A model generated the notes under the pieces. It did not search any database. It had not been told where the DNA came from and was given only the letters and a program-made list of their open reading frames with translations. From positions 1,469 through 25,468 of the forward strand of contig JAUNSU010000044.1 of the NCBI GenBank assembly GCA_030539035.1: DNA of 24,000 bases, written 5' to 3'. This stretch comes from Planctomycetia bacterium (lineage in GTDB: Bacteria; Planctomycetota; Planctomycetia; Pirellulales; Thermoguttaceae). Below, in pieces: positions 22,223 through 24,000 of the stretch (position 1 is the stretch's first letter; each line of letters starts with the position of its first letter). A program made the translations under genes and the position numbers.

Positions 22223-24000
22223 ATGAAGAGGATAGAAGTGAGGAATAATGTGATAAGAAACAGAACATGGTTCTTTCCCCTGTTTTTCCTTTCGATTTTA
22301 TTTCTCTGTTTTTTCTATCGTCTCTTTTTTTGCGGCGAAGTGTTCCTGGAAAGGGACAGCTTCAATTTCTATTACCCTCTTTTTGAACGAATTTCACAAT
22401 ATTGGCAATCAGGCGAGATCCCGCTTTGGGATCCCTTGGAGAATATGGGCCAGCCGCTTTTGGCGAATGCCGCCGCTTCCGTTTTTTATCCGTTCAAGCT
22501 GATCTTCCTTATTCCTCTCCCTTATTTTATCCTTTTTAATATTTATCATCTGATCCATTTCGCGATCTGCTTATACGGAATGAATTCCCTGATGAGAAGT
22601 TGGGGCTTTTCCCGGAACGCAGCCCTGTTTTCGTCAATGGTTTATACGTTTTGCGGACCGGTATTACTGCTTAATATTAACGTGATCTTTCTTGTCGGAG
22701 CCTCTTGGCTTCCGCTCTTTATCAAGAAAGGATCCGATCTTCTTCGAGTCCAACGGCTTTCGGGGATTGTACCTCCCGCGTTGATCCTTGCAATGATGAT
22801 ACTGGGCGGCGATCCAGAAATGGCACTCCTTGCCCCCTTTTTTCTTTCCATCCTCGCCCTGATCTTATGGAAAAGTACCAGTTCGATCGAAAATGCGGAA
22901 AGAAAATCGATCAAGCCGCTGTTCCTTGCCGGGTTCTGGATCCTGGTAATCGTTCTCGCCGCTTCCCTGATCGCGGCGGTACAAATTTTGCCGTCCAGAG
23001 AATTCGCACGTCTTTCCGATCGCAATCCAACAGGAAATCCTTCTTCCCTATGGGAGATTCCTTCCTTTCTGCTTCGATCGGATTCCGATTCGATCGATCT
23101 TCAATCGCAGGAAAGTGATGATCCCTTCCTGTTGGAGCCGAAAGGAAAATCGGAACAGATCGCGGATGGGATCTTCTGCCGGAACCTTCCCGAAGATTCC
23201 ACACAAAAAAACGTTTGGAACTTTAATGTCCATCCTTTTCATCTTCTGGAATTCTTGAGCCCGGATCTTTACGGACGATGTCCTCTTCGATTAAACGAGA
23301 TCTATTACGGAGAAGAGGATCGGTTTTGGAATTATTCTCTTTATTCCGGAATTGTTCCCCTGATCTTTGTTCTCTCCTCTTTCTGCTTTTATCGATTGGC
23401 CGGAAGAAAAAGCGTTTCTGTTCAGAGATCGGTTCGGATCTGGTCCACCTGGATGTTCCTGTTCCTTCTTTGGGGATCCATGGGAAAATACGGGCCTTAC
23501 TGGCTTTGGCGCTTCTTCCTCGTCCTTTTGGGAGATGTTCAGCATCTCGGATTGAATAACGGGGATCCGGTTGGAGGTCCTTACTGGATCCTCATGCAGA
23601 TCCTTCCGATGTTTTCCTCTTTCCGCTATTCCGGAAAATTGATGGTGCCCGCTCTTTTCTTCTTCGCCATTCTTGCCGGATGGGGATGGGATCACGCCAA
23701 AAAGCGGACTCTGTTCTACTGGTCCGTTTCCTTGTTGTTTTTGCTCCTCTTCCTTACCGGAAAACATCTTCTGAAAGGTCCGGAATACTTGACTTCGTAT
23801 TTCAGTACTTTCGGATCCAATGCGTCCCTGGTTTCCAAAAAGGTTTGGTTTACAATTCTTTCCGGGCAAATTTTGGTCTTATCCATTCTTTCGATCTGGA
23901 TGATCTTCTTTTTAAGAACGAATATCCGAAAAGAATTCTTTCGAACAAAGCCGATCCAAGCTCAAAAATCCTCTTTCGCTGTTCGAAAAAAGCCGTTCAC
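22223..24000 (+). CDS. Large polytopic membrane protein, YfhO-like or glycosyltransferase-like, 3'-truncated by the window end (more than 592 aa)
   Basis: This ORF is not in the supplied track because it has no stop within the window. My own translation from ATG 22223 stays open to nt 24000: MKRIEVRNNVIRNRTWFFPLFFLSILFLCFFYRLFF..DSFNFYYPLFERISQYWQSGEIPLWDPLENMGQPLLANAAASVFYPFKLIFL... It has many hydrophobic segments. The N-terminal pattern resembles the YfhO/ArnT-type membrane protein family, but that assignment is tentative. Confidence 0.8.
   Translation, partial: MKRIEVRNNVIRNRTWFFPLFFLSILFLCFFYRLFFCGEVFLERDSFNFYYPLFERISQYWQSGEIPLWDPLENMGQPLLANAAASVFYPFKLIFLIPLPYFILFNIYHLIHFAICLYGMNSLMRSWGFSRNAALFSSMVYTFCGPVLLLNINVIFLVGASWLPLFIKKGSDLLRVQRLSGIVPPALILAMMILGGDPEMALLAPFFLSILALILWKSTSSIENAERKSIKPLFLAGFWILVIVLAASLIAAVQILPSREFARLSDRNPTGNPSSLWEIPSFLLRSDSDSIDLQSQESDDPFLLEPKGKSEQIADGIFCRNLPEDSTQKNVWNFNVHPFHLLEFLSPDLYGRCPLRLNEIYYGEEDRFWNYSLYSGIVPLIFVLSSFCFYRLAGRKSVSVQRSVRIWSTWMFLFLLWGSMGKYGPYWLWRFFLVLLGDVQHLGLNNGDPVGGPYWILMQILPMFSSFRYSGKLMVPALFFFAILAGWGWDHAKKRTLFYWSVSLLFLLLFLTGKHLLKGPEYLTSYFSTFGSNASLVSKKVWFTILSGQILVLSILSIWMIFFLRTNIRKEFFRTKPIQAQKSSFAVRKKPF

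Overview
The window looks like a chromosomal segment from a roughly 45-50% GC bacterium. A PSCyt1-like CxxCH module, a giant secreted multidomain protein and a Tat-exported PHP enzyme suggest the Planctomycetota/Verrucomicrobiota/Lentisphaerota (PVC) group, but that placement is only inference.

Gene content, left to right:
- a small acidic ORF
- a Tat-signal PHP phosphoesterase
- a ~2020-aa secreted fusion protein (M14 carboxypeptidase-like domain, duplicated unknown modules, PD40/TolB-like propeller, three CxxCH heme motifs)
- a visibly AT-richer ~3.2 kb islet carrying a type II restriction-modification (R-M) operon: a gamma-class N6-adenine methyltransferase followed by a PD-(D/E)xK endonuclease that looks XhoI/PaeR7I-like. 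The islet also holds two tiny ATGA-coupled ORFs.
- a GH36 alpha-galactosidase
- a membrane protein of unknown function
- hpt
- a complete RNA-repair locus, with rtcB-rtcA driven by a sigma54 -24/-12 promoter and a divergent rtcR (CARF domain plus sigma54 activator)
- a divergent pair of unknown genes around a repeat-rich intergenic region
- a large polytopic membrane protein that runs off the window end and is absent from the supplied ORF track.

No rRNA, tRNA or CRISPR array was found.

Most notable observations:
1. A previously unannotated ~150-165 bp MITE family has ~35 bp terminal inverted repeats, phased CACGGAT heptamers and 7-bp target-site duplications. It is present three times, and two copies lie inside the rtc locus: one between rtcB and rtcA, one in the rtcR/rtcB control region where the enhancer should be.
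2. A ~120-nt cloverleaf-like element is closed by a perfect 12-bp stem that overlaps the rtcR stop codon.
3. GATC is extremely over-represented in core genes and much less so in the R-M islet.
4. CTCGAG, the predicted R-M target, appears to be completely absent despite ~40 CTCGA/TCGAG pentamers.

Many long antisense ORFs in the track are shadow ORFs.
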